Shown here piece after piece: positions 18,944 to 28,724 of a stretch of 53,797 nt of DNA. A program made the position numbers and the translations under genes. Within the stretch, counting starts at the first letter, position 1, and each line of letters starts with the position of its first letter. The notes under the pieces are model-generated. The model saw only the letters and a program-made list of their open reading frames with translations. It had not been told where the DNA came from and made no database searches. This DNA is from Nitrososphaera sp. (lineage in GTDB: Archaea; Thermoproteota; Nitrososphaeria; Nitrososphaerales; Nitrososphaeraceae), in assembly GCA_036259955.1 (NCBI GenBank), contig DATAAU010000171.1, positions 1-53,797 of the forward strand. The letters run 5' to 3'.

Positions 18944-20260
18944 ATGACAACAAACAACAAGAGTAAAAAAATATTGAGTTCAGATGCTGAAGCATCAGTT
19001 TCTTTGATTGTTGCCAGAATAGTATACGGCATAAATTGGTTTAATATATCTGCCATATTCCCATTCATTGCATTAGAGTTTGGGAAAGATGTTTCTTTGC
19101 TAGGTTCTATATCTGCAGCATTTTTCATCGGAGTAGGCTTATTCCAGATTCCTGCAGGCATATTTGCTGCAACGTTCAATCCTAGAATTTCTGCTATTTT
19201 AGGGATAATAATTACTTCAGCCGCTGCTCTTCTATCTGGATTAGTCTCATCGTCGTCACAGTTAATCTGGTTACGCTTCATAGTGGGGTTTGGAATGGCT
19301 TTCTTCTTTAGCTCAGCCATAATACTTATTGCAAGATATGGCAAAAGAGGATTCCCTGGTTTCTCAATAGGCGTTATGAATTCTGCCCATTCACTGGGTG
19401 GAATTATTGGCATTTTTGCATGGATAAATATTGCTCAAATAGTTGGGTGGAGGTCTAGCCTTATCCTAAGCGGTGTATTGGGTCTTGGTACGGCGTTGTT
19501 GATGATTACGACTATTCCGAGAACCAAAATACCTGTCAATGCTGCCTCTGAGACAGACCATAAAAGTTTTCCACCAACAAGAAAAGGACAAAAATTCAAA
19601 ATATCTGGTGCTTCAAGAGTACTGTCTAACCGTACATTAGTCTGTCTTGGTCTTATTCTCATAGGTATCCAAGCAGGTTGGGCTGTAGAGTTAACATTTC
19701 TTGTGGTATATCTAGGAGACCTCGAATTCTCAGTACAGGTTATTGGAATAATTGCAAGCCTCCCTTTGATCTTTGCAATTATTTCTGCTCCTTTAATTGG
19801 ACGATTTTATGACAAAGCAAGGGACACAAAGCGAGTCTTGATTATCTGTGGAATGGGAACGAGCATGGCTATAGCTGGACTGTCCATTGATAACCTATAT
19901 GCGATAATTACATCCGTTATACTCACGGGATTTTTTTCAGGTGGTGCTTTCACTATAGTCTATGAAAAAGCTCGAACAGTTTTGATTGATGGCGTCATAG
20001 ATCATAAAAAAGACACAACTTTCTCAAACCCAAAAACCGATAAACAAAATTCCAGCGAGAGAAAACCTCCTCTCGATAATTCTTCTTATTTTGACACACT
20101 AAAGGTCGCATGGGTAAATGGGATGTCACTTATTGGGGTATTGTGGACACCTATCGCCTTTTCATTTGTCGTAGAAGAGGGTAGCTACGAGCTGGCTTGG
20201 ATATTCTCTGCAGCCATAACGGCAATATTCGTAATTACACCGATAAAGTTCTTGAAATGA
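18944..20260 (+). CDS. MFS transporter
   Basis: About 12 TM segments, QIPAG, LRFIVGFG and IGRFYDK motif A repeat. Confidence 0.9.
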   Translation: MTTNNKSKKILSSDAEASVSLIVARIVYGINWFNISAIFPFIALEFGKDVSLLGSISAAFFIGVGLFQIPAGIFAATFNPRISAILGIIITSAAALLSGLVSSSSQLIWLRFIVGFGMAFFFSSAIILIARYGKRGFPGFSIGVMNSAHSLGGIIGIFAWINIAQIVGWRSSLILSGVLGLGTALLMITTIPRTKIPVNAASETDHKSFPPTRKGQKFKISGASRVLSNRTLVCLGLILIGIQAGWAVELTFLVVYLGDLEFSVQVIGIIASLPLIFAIISAPLIGRFYDKARDTKRVLIICGMGTSMAIAGLSIDNLYAIITSVILTGFFSGGAFTIVYEKARTVLIDGVIDHKKDTTFSNPKTDKQNSSERKPPLDNSSYFDTLKVAWVNGMSLIGVLWTPIAFSFVVEEGSYELAWIFSAAITAIFVITPIKFLK

Positions 20261-20477
20261 ATCTCAATGAGCTGGGGATGGATTAGAATGTCTCTATACT
20301 ACCTATCCTCATCTATTCTTCTCTTTCAATGACTTTTTGGATATTATGATATATTCCATTTGAACTAAAAAAAGATACATCTGAAATAAGAATAGTTTCG
20401 AAAAAAGGAGACAGACAATTATAATATCAGAATCGGTGAGCTAGATGTCTTGTTTAATGAACTAGGGTTTCCAAATG

Positions 20478-20789
20478 CTACCTTTTTTGTTCCATGCAGG
20501 ACGGTAATGTGCCACTGTGCTTGTTACGATATTCGTTGAGGAGTTGTTCTTTTACCTTATCTGCAGATCCAATGATGGCATAACTAAACCTCTTTGCCTT
20601 ACTTAAGCAAGGATCTGACAAGCTTGCAAGCATGGATTCTCTAAGATTTGGACTGCTACCGATAAATAAAATCTTCATACCTGCATGTATCTTGTAAACC
20701 CCTTCAGACTCTGCGATATGTGTGATATTTTCTCTATCAAAATCAAGCCAAGTAGACCAGTCTAACGCTTCTACCTCTTCTTCATTCAC
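20478..20789 (-). CDS. Small GIY-YIG-like protein
   Basis: GVY..ILFIGSS.NLR pattern and a C-terminal G.LP.C. Confidence 0.7.
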   Translation of the reverse strand: MNEEEVEALDWSTWLDFDRENITHIAESEGVYKIHAGMKILFIGSSPNLRESMLASLSDPCLSKAKRFSYAIIGSADKVKEQLLNEYRNKHSGTLPSCMEQKR

Positions 20790-21274
20790 ATCTTTGAATT
20801 TTACCTTTTACTTCTTTAAGTATTGCTGTTTGTATCAGAATTATAGAGGCATTAGGCAGAAATCGAAACAACAGCATACGCGCTTTGCGAATCTTGCTTT
20901 AAGAAGATTTCAACGTCTTAAGATATGGATATGGGCGGCTTTTTTGGTCGTTTCATGTGCTACCCTGAGGGTTAACGTATTTTTATCAAATACATACCTT
21001 GTAGAAAGTCTTACCAATTATATTGAATGACGATAAAGATGAACCCCTGATGCAATAGACCTTACAAGAGGCGGATACCTGACTCCAGCCTTTCGATCAC
21101 TGATTTGTATCACGTAAGATCTTACTTATATAATATTCTTCTAAGTTAATCTGAGAGACAACAATGTCGGGCAGATAAAACTTCATATTGTCATATTGTA
21201 TTATTTTTGTACGTGCAAATCATAAAAATAAACTACACAAGTTTGCGATTTCACAAATGGAGATTCGCTGAACA

Positions 21275-22468
21275 ATGGTAGCGCCATTCAGCTCGTTTCT
21301 TTTCCAAGCTGGAGGAGCTGGCAATATAATCTGGATTGCTATTGCAGTGATTATCATTGGAGTCATAGGCTATTTCATATACAAACGACGATTTAGAGGA
21401 CGTGCACTCGGACGCAGTCCTGGACGTTATCAAAGGATGACTAGGGAGGGGGAACCACTTGAAGACTATAGAGGAGAAGGTGGAGGATTGATATCTAGAT
21501 CTTCAATAAGAATAGTAGTACCCGTTATCATAGCATTCATTATAGTCGTAATAGTCCTAGCTGCTAGCGTTAAAATTGTCGAAGCTGGCCACAGAGGAGT
21601 TCTTCTAAAATTCGGGGCAGTTGATACCTCAGCATCTTTAAACGAAGGAATTCACTTTGTAGTCCCCTTTAGAGATAACGTTATCCCCCTTGAGGTTAGA
21701 ACACAAAAAATAGAAGAAAATGCAGCTTCCGCATCTGGGGACCTCCAAGATGTAAGCACGCAAGTTGCACTTAACTATCACGTGGACCCGAATACTGCTC
21801 CCAACCTATTCCAGCAGCTTGGATTTGATTATGCTAGCAGAGTTGTCTCTCCTGCGATACAGGAATCAGTAAAGCAGGTAACCGCTAGATATAATGCAGA
21901 GAATCTTATTACAAATAGAGAGACCGTAAAGGCTGAAATTGAAACCCAGATAGAGCAAAGATTAGCTCCCTATGGTATTGATGTGGAGACAATATCAATC
22001 ACGGAATTTCAGTTTTCAGAGCAGTTTAGAAGAGCCGTTGAAGCAAAAGTAGAAGCTGAACAAAGAGCCCTCCAGGCTACAAACGACCTTCGGAGAATCG
22101 AAATAGAGGCGCAACAAGCAGAAGCAAGAGCTATAGGAGAGCAACAATCCAATATTGCTCGCGCAGAGGGAGTGAGGCAAGCAGCCGTACTCCAGGCTCA
22201 AGGAGAGGCAGAAGCGATACAAATAGTTGAGGCGCAGCTGAGGGAAAACCCGCGGTATTTAGAATGGCTCAAGACCCAGAGGTGGGATGGAGTCTTGCCT
22301 CTTGTAACAGGCGGCACAGGTGCAACTCCTTTCATAGAAATCCCAGCGTCAAGAGAAGGTGGCGTTCAGCAAGCCGGAACGGCAGAAGGAGAAGGTTCTA
22401 CTAACGGCTCTGCTACCGCTCCAACAACGACCACGGCATCAGGAAACTCGACACAAACAACCAGATAA
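21275..22468 (+). CDS. SPFH/prohibitin-family protein with an extra N-terminal TM segment
   Basis: IVEAGHRGV, EGIHFVVP, DLQDV, PAIQESVKQVTARY, AVEAKVEAEQ coiled coil and WDGVLP. Confidence 0.93.
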   Translation: MVAPFSSFLFQAGGAGNIIWIAIAVIIIGVIGYFIYKRRFRGRALGRSPGRYQRMTREGEPLEDYRGEGGGLISRSSIRIVVPVIIAFIIVVIVLAASVKIVEAGHRGVLLKFGAVDTSASLNEGIHFVVPFRDNVIPLEVRTQKIEENAASASGDLQDVSTQVALNYHVDPNTAPNLFQQLGFDYASRVVSPAIQESVKQVTARYNAENLITNRETVKAEIETQIEQRLAPYGIDVETISITEFQFSEQFRRAVEAKVEAEQRALQATNDLRRIEIEAQQAEARAIGEQQSNIARAEGVRQAAVLQAQGEAEAIQIVEAQLRENPRYLEWLKTQRWDGVLPLVTGGTGATPFIEIPASREGGVQQAGTAEGEGSTNGSATAPTTTTASGNSTQTTR

Positions 22469-22521
22469 AATAAGTGTAACACCGGCAAAGGGAGAGTAGA
22501 TCCAATTTTTTGTACTCTGCC

Positions 22522-22839
22522 CTACTGCAAAGTACTGCTCGAATGCCCTATCACTTTTTCTCCTTTCGTAATCAGGCAACATGAACAGTTCTTTTCAAAA
22601 CACATACTTGTTTGCTGATGTTTGCAAATAGGGCATGCACACATTTGTCGCGGTGAATTAGAACTTCTTTGCGCGCTAAAATACCTCGCATCCATGTAAA
22701 GCCACAGTGTAACGAGCGGTAACCCGATCCCAAGAAGGATAAGGAGTGTCCTGATATTGATTCGTAGGAGAAGTAGCGAAATGGCAAACACGCCAGTAGC
22801 AATTGCAAGCATCAAGAGCCAGCGTTGAGTAAAATCCAC
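22522..22839 (-). CDS. Small 2-TM protein with Cys/His-rich C-terminus
   Basis: Two hydrophobic helices, then CACPICKH..C..CSCC. Confidence 0.7.
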   Translation of the reverse strand: MDFTQRWLLMLAIATGVFAISLLLLRINIRTLLILLGIGLPLVTLWLYMDARYFSAQRSSNSPRQMCACPICKHQQTSMCFEKNCSCCLITKGEKVIGHSSSTLQ

Positions 22840-22897
22840 TGGGTTATAGACTCCTCCGTGTCAGAGAAAACATGTGTATTAGTTAGTCGCTATCCAG

Positions 22898-23713
22898 TCA
22901 CCGAAGATCTTCCAAATTAGACCGGTCTCTAAAGTGTTCAGGATTCAACCTGAATCCGTTGGTCTTCTCATAAGGAACATCGCTCAACTTTAGATGATAA
23001 TCTACCTTAGCCATCTTCTTTAGCTGCTTATTCATCCAAAGTGCGAACTGCTCCTCCAAACTGCCTGCTTCTTGCTTCTGGATATCTGGATATATGTCCC
23101 GCAACTTATCTACAAAAATTTCATCCATCTCAAGCAAGAAGAAATCCCATCCCAACGCTTTCTTGCCATCAGAGTAACATTTGCATTTGCTTTGAGTTTG
23201 TGTTGCAGATTCTAGCGAAGCTATGAAGTGCATTATTTTTGGTCTCTCCTTTTCAAAGTCTATACATGAACCTGACAGAACAAAGAGTGCTGCAGCAGAA
23301 GGGACCGCAGCTGCAGCTGTTGTTGCTGAATCCTTTGACCCATGTCCCGCACCCTCGCTGGGTTCAAGAGAGGAAGACACTGGTCTTTCACTCGCCTCAG
23401 GTTCTACCTTCGCGGGCTTCTCCACAGATACTGCAGCATCTGCTATCTTTCTTATAGTAACGGTATGGTCAATAAAAACACCTATCATTTTCCTCAATGC
23501 AGGGTCTATCCTTGTGATGCCTAGGTCTTCATCGGACGGTAACAGTCGGTAACATCTTGCATCTGTTCCATCTTTTTTACCAATGATTTCGACTACATCA
23601 CCATCAGCGACGCCTAGAATACCCATAGAACGGCCATCTATACGTACAACTCCGCGGCCGATATCCCGTGCGTAAGCAGCAAGAACCCTTAGCGAGACTT
23701 CTTGAGGTTTCAT
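22898..23713 (-). CDS. Cdc48/VAT N-terminal double-psi barrel fused to an unknown domain, no AAA ATPase
   Basis: LRVLAAYARDIGRGVVRID..LGVADGDVVEIIG..TRID..RKMIGV is the CDC48_N repeat. Ala/Ser/Pro linker, no Walker A/B. Confidence 0.8.
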   Translation of the reverse strand: MKPQEVSLRVLAAYARDIGRGVVRIDGRSMGILGVADGDVVEIIGKKDGTDARCYRLLPSDEDLGITRIDPALRKMIGVFIDHTVTIRKIADAAVSVEKPAKVEPEASERPVSSSLEPSEGAGHGSKDSATTAAAAVPSAAALFVLSGSCIDFEKERPKIMHFIASLESATQTQSKCKCYSDGKKALGWDFFLLEMDEIFVDKLRDIYPDIQKQEAGSLEEQFALWMNKQLKKMAKVDYHLKLSDVPYEKTNGFRLNPEHFRDRSNLEDLR

Positions 23714-23983
23714 TTCTTGAATAGAAGTATGTGTTTGCTTCTAATAAGATTTACTTGGATTAACTAATTTTGATCTTTCTTTCTACTTCACTATGATTTG
23801 CAGAGGTGACAATTCACTCCTGAGCTAGTGCGTCAGTATCTTGCCAGCCAATAGGGCTATCCTTGGTTTTTGATCCTTATTCTACTCAAAGTTGAAAAGG
23901 AGGCAGCTGGTGAGGGAGAAAGTGAGTGAAGGCAGGAATCAGGGTGCAATTACTTACTATGCCAGGCGCTGGAGTGCGTATAT

Positions 23984-24013
23984 ATGTATCTAGCATAAAT
24001 GTATCTAGCATAA
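23984..24013. repeat. Perfect tandem repeat 2 x ATGTATCTAGCATAA
   Basis: Two adjacent identical 15-mers right after GTATATAT, about 40 nt upstream of the terC ORF. Confidence 0.85.
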
Positions 24014-24054
24014 TTTACATGTGTGTGTTTTGGCAGGGGGAGCTGGAATAGACA

Positions 24055-25086
24055 TTGTTGCATGAAAGTATATTCGGTGCACAAGATCTCCAACAGGCCC
24101 TAATGTGGATCTTGTTTAGTATATTTGTTGGCGTAGCTTTACTCATCGACCTCGGATTCATAGGCAAAATGAGGGGAATACTTGCCAAAGGACAGAAGCA
24201 AGAAGCATTATCTCATGAAAAGAAAGCTCGTTCAACCCACGATGCCTTAGCATGGAGTATTGTTTGGATTTCTCTTGGTTTGATATTTGCTGGTATCGTA
24301 TATTTTAGCATGGGCTATGATAAGATGCTTGAATACATTACCGGTTACACTCTTGAAAAGACGTTAAGCGTAGATAACATGTTTGTCTTTTTGCTGATTT
24401 TCACCTCATTGGCTATCCCGCACCAATACCAACACAAGGTTCTATCCGTCGGGATATTGAGTGCAATAGCCATGAGAATTCCACTGATAATTGCCGGAGT
24501 TGCGCTGCTCGAAACATTTCATTGGATGATTTATGTCTTTGGCGCATTTTTGATTTTCACAGCAATTAGAATGTTTTTGCAAAAGAAGGATGAGAAAATT
24601 GAAGTAGAGAAAAACATTGCTGTGCGAGCATTGAAGAAAATTATGCCCGTCAATGTAGAGCTAAAGACGGATAAATTCCTGATTCGTAAGAGTGGTATCC
24701 TATATGCCACGCCGTTGTTGGTTGCCCTTGTTATTGTAGAGATGACGGATCTTCTCTTTGCTCTGGACTCAATCCCGGCTGTTTTAGCCATTACATCAGA
24801 TCCCTTTATTGTTATAACATCAAATGTATTTGCAATATTGGGACTTCGGAGTCTGTATCTTCTACTATCAAGTTCCATGGAGAAGTTTTACTACCTTAAG
24901 CCAGCATTGACTGCACTATTGTTCTATATAGGATTCAAGATGCTGCTATCGGAGTTTTACCATATACCAATAGAGCTATCACTGGCCATCATCTGCTCAA
25001 TCCTAGGTATCGCAATTGCACTATCATATCTCAAAACCCGCACAGAAAGGCAACAACGCCCACAGAGCAGGGATGAAGTAGGATAG
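24055..25086 (+). CDS. TerC/Alx-family metal (Mn) homeostasis membrane protein
   Basis: LEKTLSVDNMFVF, EMTDLLFALDSIPAV and TSNVFAILGLRSLY. Confidence 0.94.
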   Translation: MLHESIFGAQDLQQALMWILFSIFVGVALLIDLGFIGKMRGILAKGQKQEALSHEKKARSTHDALAWSIVWISLGLIFAGIVYFSMGYDKMLEYITGYTLEKTLSVDNMFVFLLIFTSLAIPHQYQHKVLSVGILSAIAMRIPLIIAGVALLETFHWMIYVFGAFLIFTAIRMFLQKKDEKIEVEKNIAVRALKKIMPVNVELKTDKFLIRKSGILYATPLLVALVIVEMTDLLFALDSIPAVLAITSDPFIVITSNVFAILGLRSLYLLLSSSMEKFYYLKPALTALLFYIGFKMLLSEFYHIPIELSLAIICSILGIAIALSYLKTRTERQQRPQSRDEVG

Positions 25087-25322
25087 AGATATCGAGATTT
25101 ACTCTTTCTAACGATAATTCATTCATTCTGACAAAACGTATCTGTAAGGTGGCCAGTATTAGGAAAGTGTAGTAAAATTGCTATGTTTCTACTGCCTAAA
25201 TTCTAGCGTATCTTCTAGACTTATCGAGTCAAGATTATTGATACTTCGCTTATGAAAACTTGCAGGGTTGCAGGGATGCCTTATAACCACCTTTAGATGA
25301 TCATTCTGGAATGAGGCTTTCG

Positions 25323-25649
25323 TCAAAATCCAGCTTTCTTCAATTTTGAACCGCATTTTGGACACGACACTTCATTATGTTTCGTTCCGCAGTTCATGCA
25401 ATAGTAACTTATGCCTCTCTGAGAGCCAAACATGTTACCGAAGTGAGAAGGAGAATCCCTAGAAGAGGCGTGGCCTGCCTTTCGGAACTGTCTTCTTCTC
25501 CTATAGAGTCCAAGCCCTATTACAGCAGCAACTATCACTATAAGGGAATAAGGAAAAGGCAAAAATATAGAAACTATAAATGCTATCCCGAAGTAAATAC
25601 CTATCCACATTAACGTTTCAAGCATAAACCTTTTTGTATTACTGTCCAT
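25323..25649 (-). CDS. 2-TM protein with C-terminal zinc ribbon
   Basis: Hydrophobic hairpin, RRRR, then YYCMNCG..CPKCGS. Confidence 0.8.
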   Translation of the reverse strand: MDSNTKRFMLETLMWIGIYFGIAFIVSIFLPFPYSLIVIVAAVIGLGLYRRRRQFRKAGHASSRDSPSHFGNMFGSQRGISYYCMNCGTKHNEVSCPKCGSKLKKAGF

Positions 25650-26217
25650 GGTTGCAAATCAACACTGTAGAATAGTAGCTTTTGATATTAATTTAGATCT
25701 CTGTTTGCAATTAAAGACCTATTTGGATGGTACATGGTATTATTATAAACTACGGTATTGTTTTGAGTTCAATTTTGATGGTATTATTATTATCAATATA
25801 CGCGCAAACCTACGACGTCGCAGGATAGAACACCCAAGGCTTGTGAGGATGTCTACCTAGTACTCGCCAACAGTACGAGTCATTTGAATTCTCGGAATCA
25901 AGAATATCCTTTTGAGGATCAACAAGACTTTTGTGGTCTGTCTAATTTCGGATCCAAATATGGGGCTTACATACAGTGGCAAAATATCCTCCAATAAGTG
26001 GCTATTGTGCAGCACATTCAATTCGAATTAATTACTCTGGTGACCCAATCTTGGCCTCTGATATCAATCACCTAGTTCAATTGCCCTAAAAAACATCATA
26101 GAAACATCTCTTGATGGCTTATTTGTGAGACTTCTTTGCCTTATTAGGTCTTGAGCTTTCTCCACAAAGGATGGCAATAAGCCGGGGGCGTTATGTCTGT
26201 TGACGCATGCTCTAAGG

Positions 26218-26469
26218 TCAAGCGGAGCCTCCAAAGGATTGTGCAAGAGAAACCTCCGTTATCCATTCGCATTTTATGTTTACCTTTGCATGATGTTTCT
26301 CTATTGCGTCGATATCGGGCCCTTCCAGTAGACAAAAGCAAATCTTTGCGTCTTTGTTATATAGAAGGTTGACGTGTCTAACGCCAAATTCATCAGTCGG
26401 AGATGCGCATAACTCCTTCAAATTCTCTTCACTGAAGGGAACCTTGTGAACATCTAAGAATACTGGCAT
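26218..26469 (-). CDS. DUF4242 / SCO4226-like nickel-binding protein
   Basis: MPVFLDVH start, CFCLLEGPD..AIEKHH and ITEV ending. Confidence 0.8.
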   Translation of the reverse strand: MPVFLDVHKVPFSEENLKELCASPTDEFGVRHVNLLYNKDAKICFCLLEGPDIDAIEKHHAKVNIKCEWITEVSLAQSFGGSA

Positions 26470-26601
26470 TCATGAAAGAATTTCTGTCACATATATATAA
26501 GATTGATCTCTCCTATGTGAGGATTACCTCCAGATTTTTGATATCATGCTGTTAAATGTGTCTTTATATTCAGGGATCATAATATTAAACAGAGATCAAA
26601 G

Positions 26602-27648
26602 TTGGAGGAATTCGATGATTTCCAGTTAACAATTAGTAGGAAATCATATGGGAAATCTCGATACTCTGATTTTCTTCTTAATGCGACGAGAAACATAGAT
26701 TTCTATTTAAATCATCTTTCTAAATCCGAATCTACACTCTCAAATTCGTTATTTGAATTTCTTAATACTGCCGACAAGAAAAAGAAAATAACTGTGAGAC
26801 TTGTTACCGTAATTAACTTAGAAAATTTAGAGCTAGCCCAAGAATTGGCTAGAGGAGTCACAGTATATCACACTGATGGGTCGGGTGGAAATTTTTGTAT
26901 TATAGACGGGAGCACTTATCTCTATGACATAGAAGATTATGGCCATAAAACGGCAGGATATCATAGGCATCTTTTTTCTAAAAATCCCACTTTTGTGAAT
27001 TTGCAACAGAGTTTGTTTGAGAATCTGGTGAATCATGCTGTACCTGCACGAGATAAGATCAAAGAACTGCAGCATGGACTTCAAAGAGAATATATCAAGA
27101 CTATGCAAGATCCATCTTCGATACTCCAACTTGTAAGAGAGCGTATCGAAACAGCTGGATTTGACATACAAGCGCTTTTTGCGACTATGAATTCTTTCTA
27201 TAGGGCAGAGGCTGATGGGATTATTGACTTGCTCGGATCTGCAAGAAGTCGAGGGATAAATGTTAGAGTTTTAATTAAAATCGATGATGAAACAATGAAG
27301 GACATACCCAAACACATGATCAAGAAGAAGCATGACCTTATCAGCGTGAATTTTATCCGTCAACCTCTAAGAAGCAAAATTACAACATTCATAATCGATC
27401 AATCTTTTTCGGTAACGATAGAGGTCAACGATGACAGCAAAGATAATTTCTCAGAAGCGACTGGTTTGGCTACGTACTCTAATAGCGAGTCCACAGTATT
27501 TACTGATTATTCAATGTTTGAGAACTTGTGGATACAAGCAGAGCTCGAAAGACAAAATAGCCTACGACAAGCATATTTCAAGATGTTCAATGGACAGAAA
27601 CTAAGAGATGAAACATACAAACGTGATTGGATAAAAAAGGAAAAATAG
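26602..27648 (+). CDS. Stand-alone duplicated TrmB/PLD-like sensor domain of the type found on Nitrososphaera histidine kinases
   Basis: Two repeats (VRLVT..FV..QQSLFENL and RGINVRVLI..ATYSNS..SMFENLW). No H-box or HATPase follows. Confidence 0.65.
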   Translation: MEEFDDFQLTISRKSYGKSRYSDFLLNATRNIDFYLNHLSKSESTLSNSLFEFLNTADKKKKITVRLVTVINLENLELAQELARGVTVYHTDGSGGNFCIIDGSTYLYDIEDYGHKTAGYHRHLFSKNPTFVNLQQSLFENLVNHAVPARDKIKELQHGLQREYIKTMQDPSSILQLVRERIETAGFDIQALFATMNSFYRAEADGIIDLLGSARSRGINVRVLIKIDDETMKDIPKHMIKKKHDLISVNFIRQPLRSKITTFIIDQSFSVTIEVNDDSKDNFSEATGLATYSNSESTVFTDYSMFENLWIQAELERQNSLRQAYFKMFNGQKLRDETYKRDWIKKEK

Positions 27649-28724
27649 ATATTGTAACTCATCACTCACTTGATAAATGCTGAGCTTCTCCCAGTTGTTC
27701 TTCAACGACATCATTTTTTTGTCGTTCCATTTACTTACTCCTTGTCTAAATTGAAAGTTGAGTTCGATGACACTCGAATCAAATATGACTTTAAGCAAAA
27801 AAATACGATACCCCTATGCGGACCATTAAAGAAGGATCTTTCTTTGACACTCATCCTCAGAAAAAAGTAAGTTCAAGTGGACAAGGTCACCATGGAAATT
27901 GTTCTAATTTTTGGATCTCATAGGGCTCCTGCGAAAATTCGTAACATATTTAGAAATATTCATATAACTTGAGTTATTGTTAATTATGTGTCCTCATACC
28001 ATAATCCGATGTCTCATATGTATTGCAAAAAATGTGATAGAAAATATCCAGTTTCTTTTACTCTCTGCACGATATGCAAGCAGAAATTGACAGTCAGCGA
28101 GTACATAGAACAAACTTAAAAAATACTCGGTCAGGATTATTCCTTTTAGCAAAGATTTTCCAGGACTGACATTATTAGCTCGCATCTAAAATGATCATTT
28201 TTTCAGTCGGCATTTGCAAAGTTTTTTTATGAACGGTTTAGATTTGTTAGCATGTTTTGGTGCTGTAAACTATTGGACTGCTAGCCAAGCGCCTCCTTTG
28301 TCGCGTTGAGAGAGTATTTAGTGAGGTCTAATATAACAATCAAGGTCTCAACGTCATATTGGGAGTTTTCGAGTTCTATCTTACTGGAATCTGTTGCAGT
28401 AGTTTATGTTTTGCTGTGACCTTAGTAACAAGATAAATTGCTCCAGGAGTTGGGATAAATTATCAAGGGATTAGTCTATGCCATATCGCTTACTGAGATA
28501 AGTCTGTAGAAAGCAAGGTCCAAAACTTTAAAGGTTACACGCAAGAGTAACTCTCGGCTTATGATTCCACATTCATATGAACTTGCTAAATCCCAACCAT
28601 ATTCTAACCGTACAAATATGTCACTGATAAATGAAGCAAAAACATCAATAATAGCGCTTACTAAAATTCGGTAAATGCTTTACTATAATCCTTCACTCCT
28701 ATGAAAAATAAATATCCTTAGTGT

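Noticed and set aside
23714-24054. yybP-ykoY Mn riboswitch upstream of terC
   Set aside because: No recognisable conserved core or four-way junction. The TATA-like box leaves too short a leader.
27601-28185. Frameshifted histidine kinase continuation or short ORFs after the sensor gene
   Set aside because: No H-box, N, G1 or G2 motifs were seen in the listed frames. The ORFs look like random AT-rich sequence.
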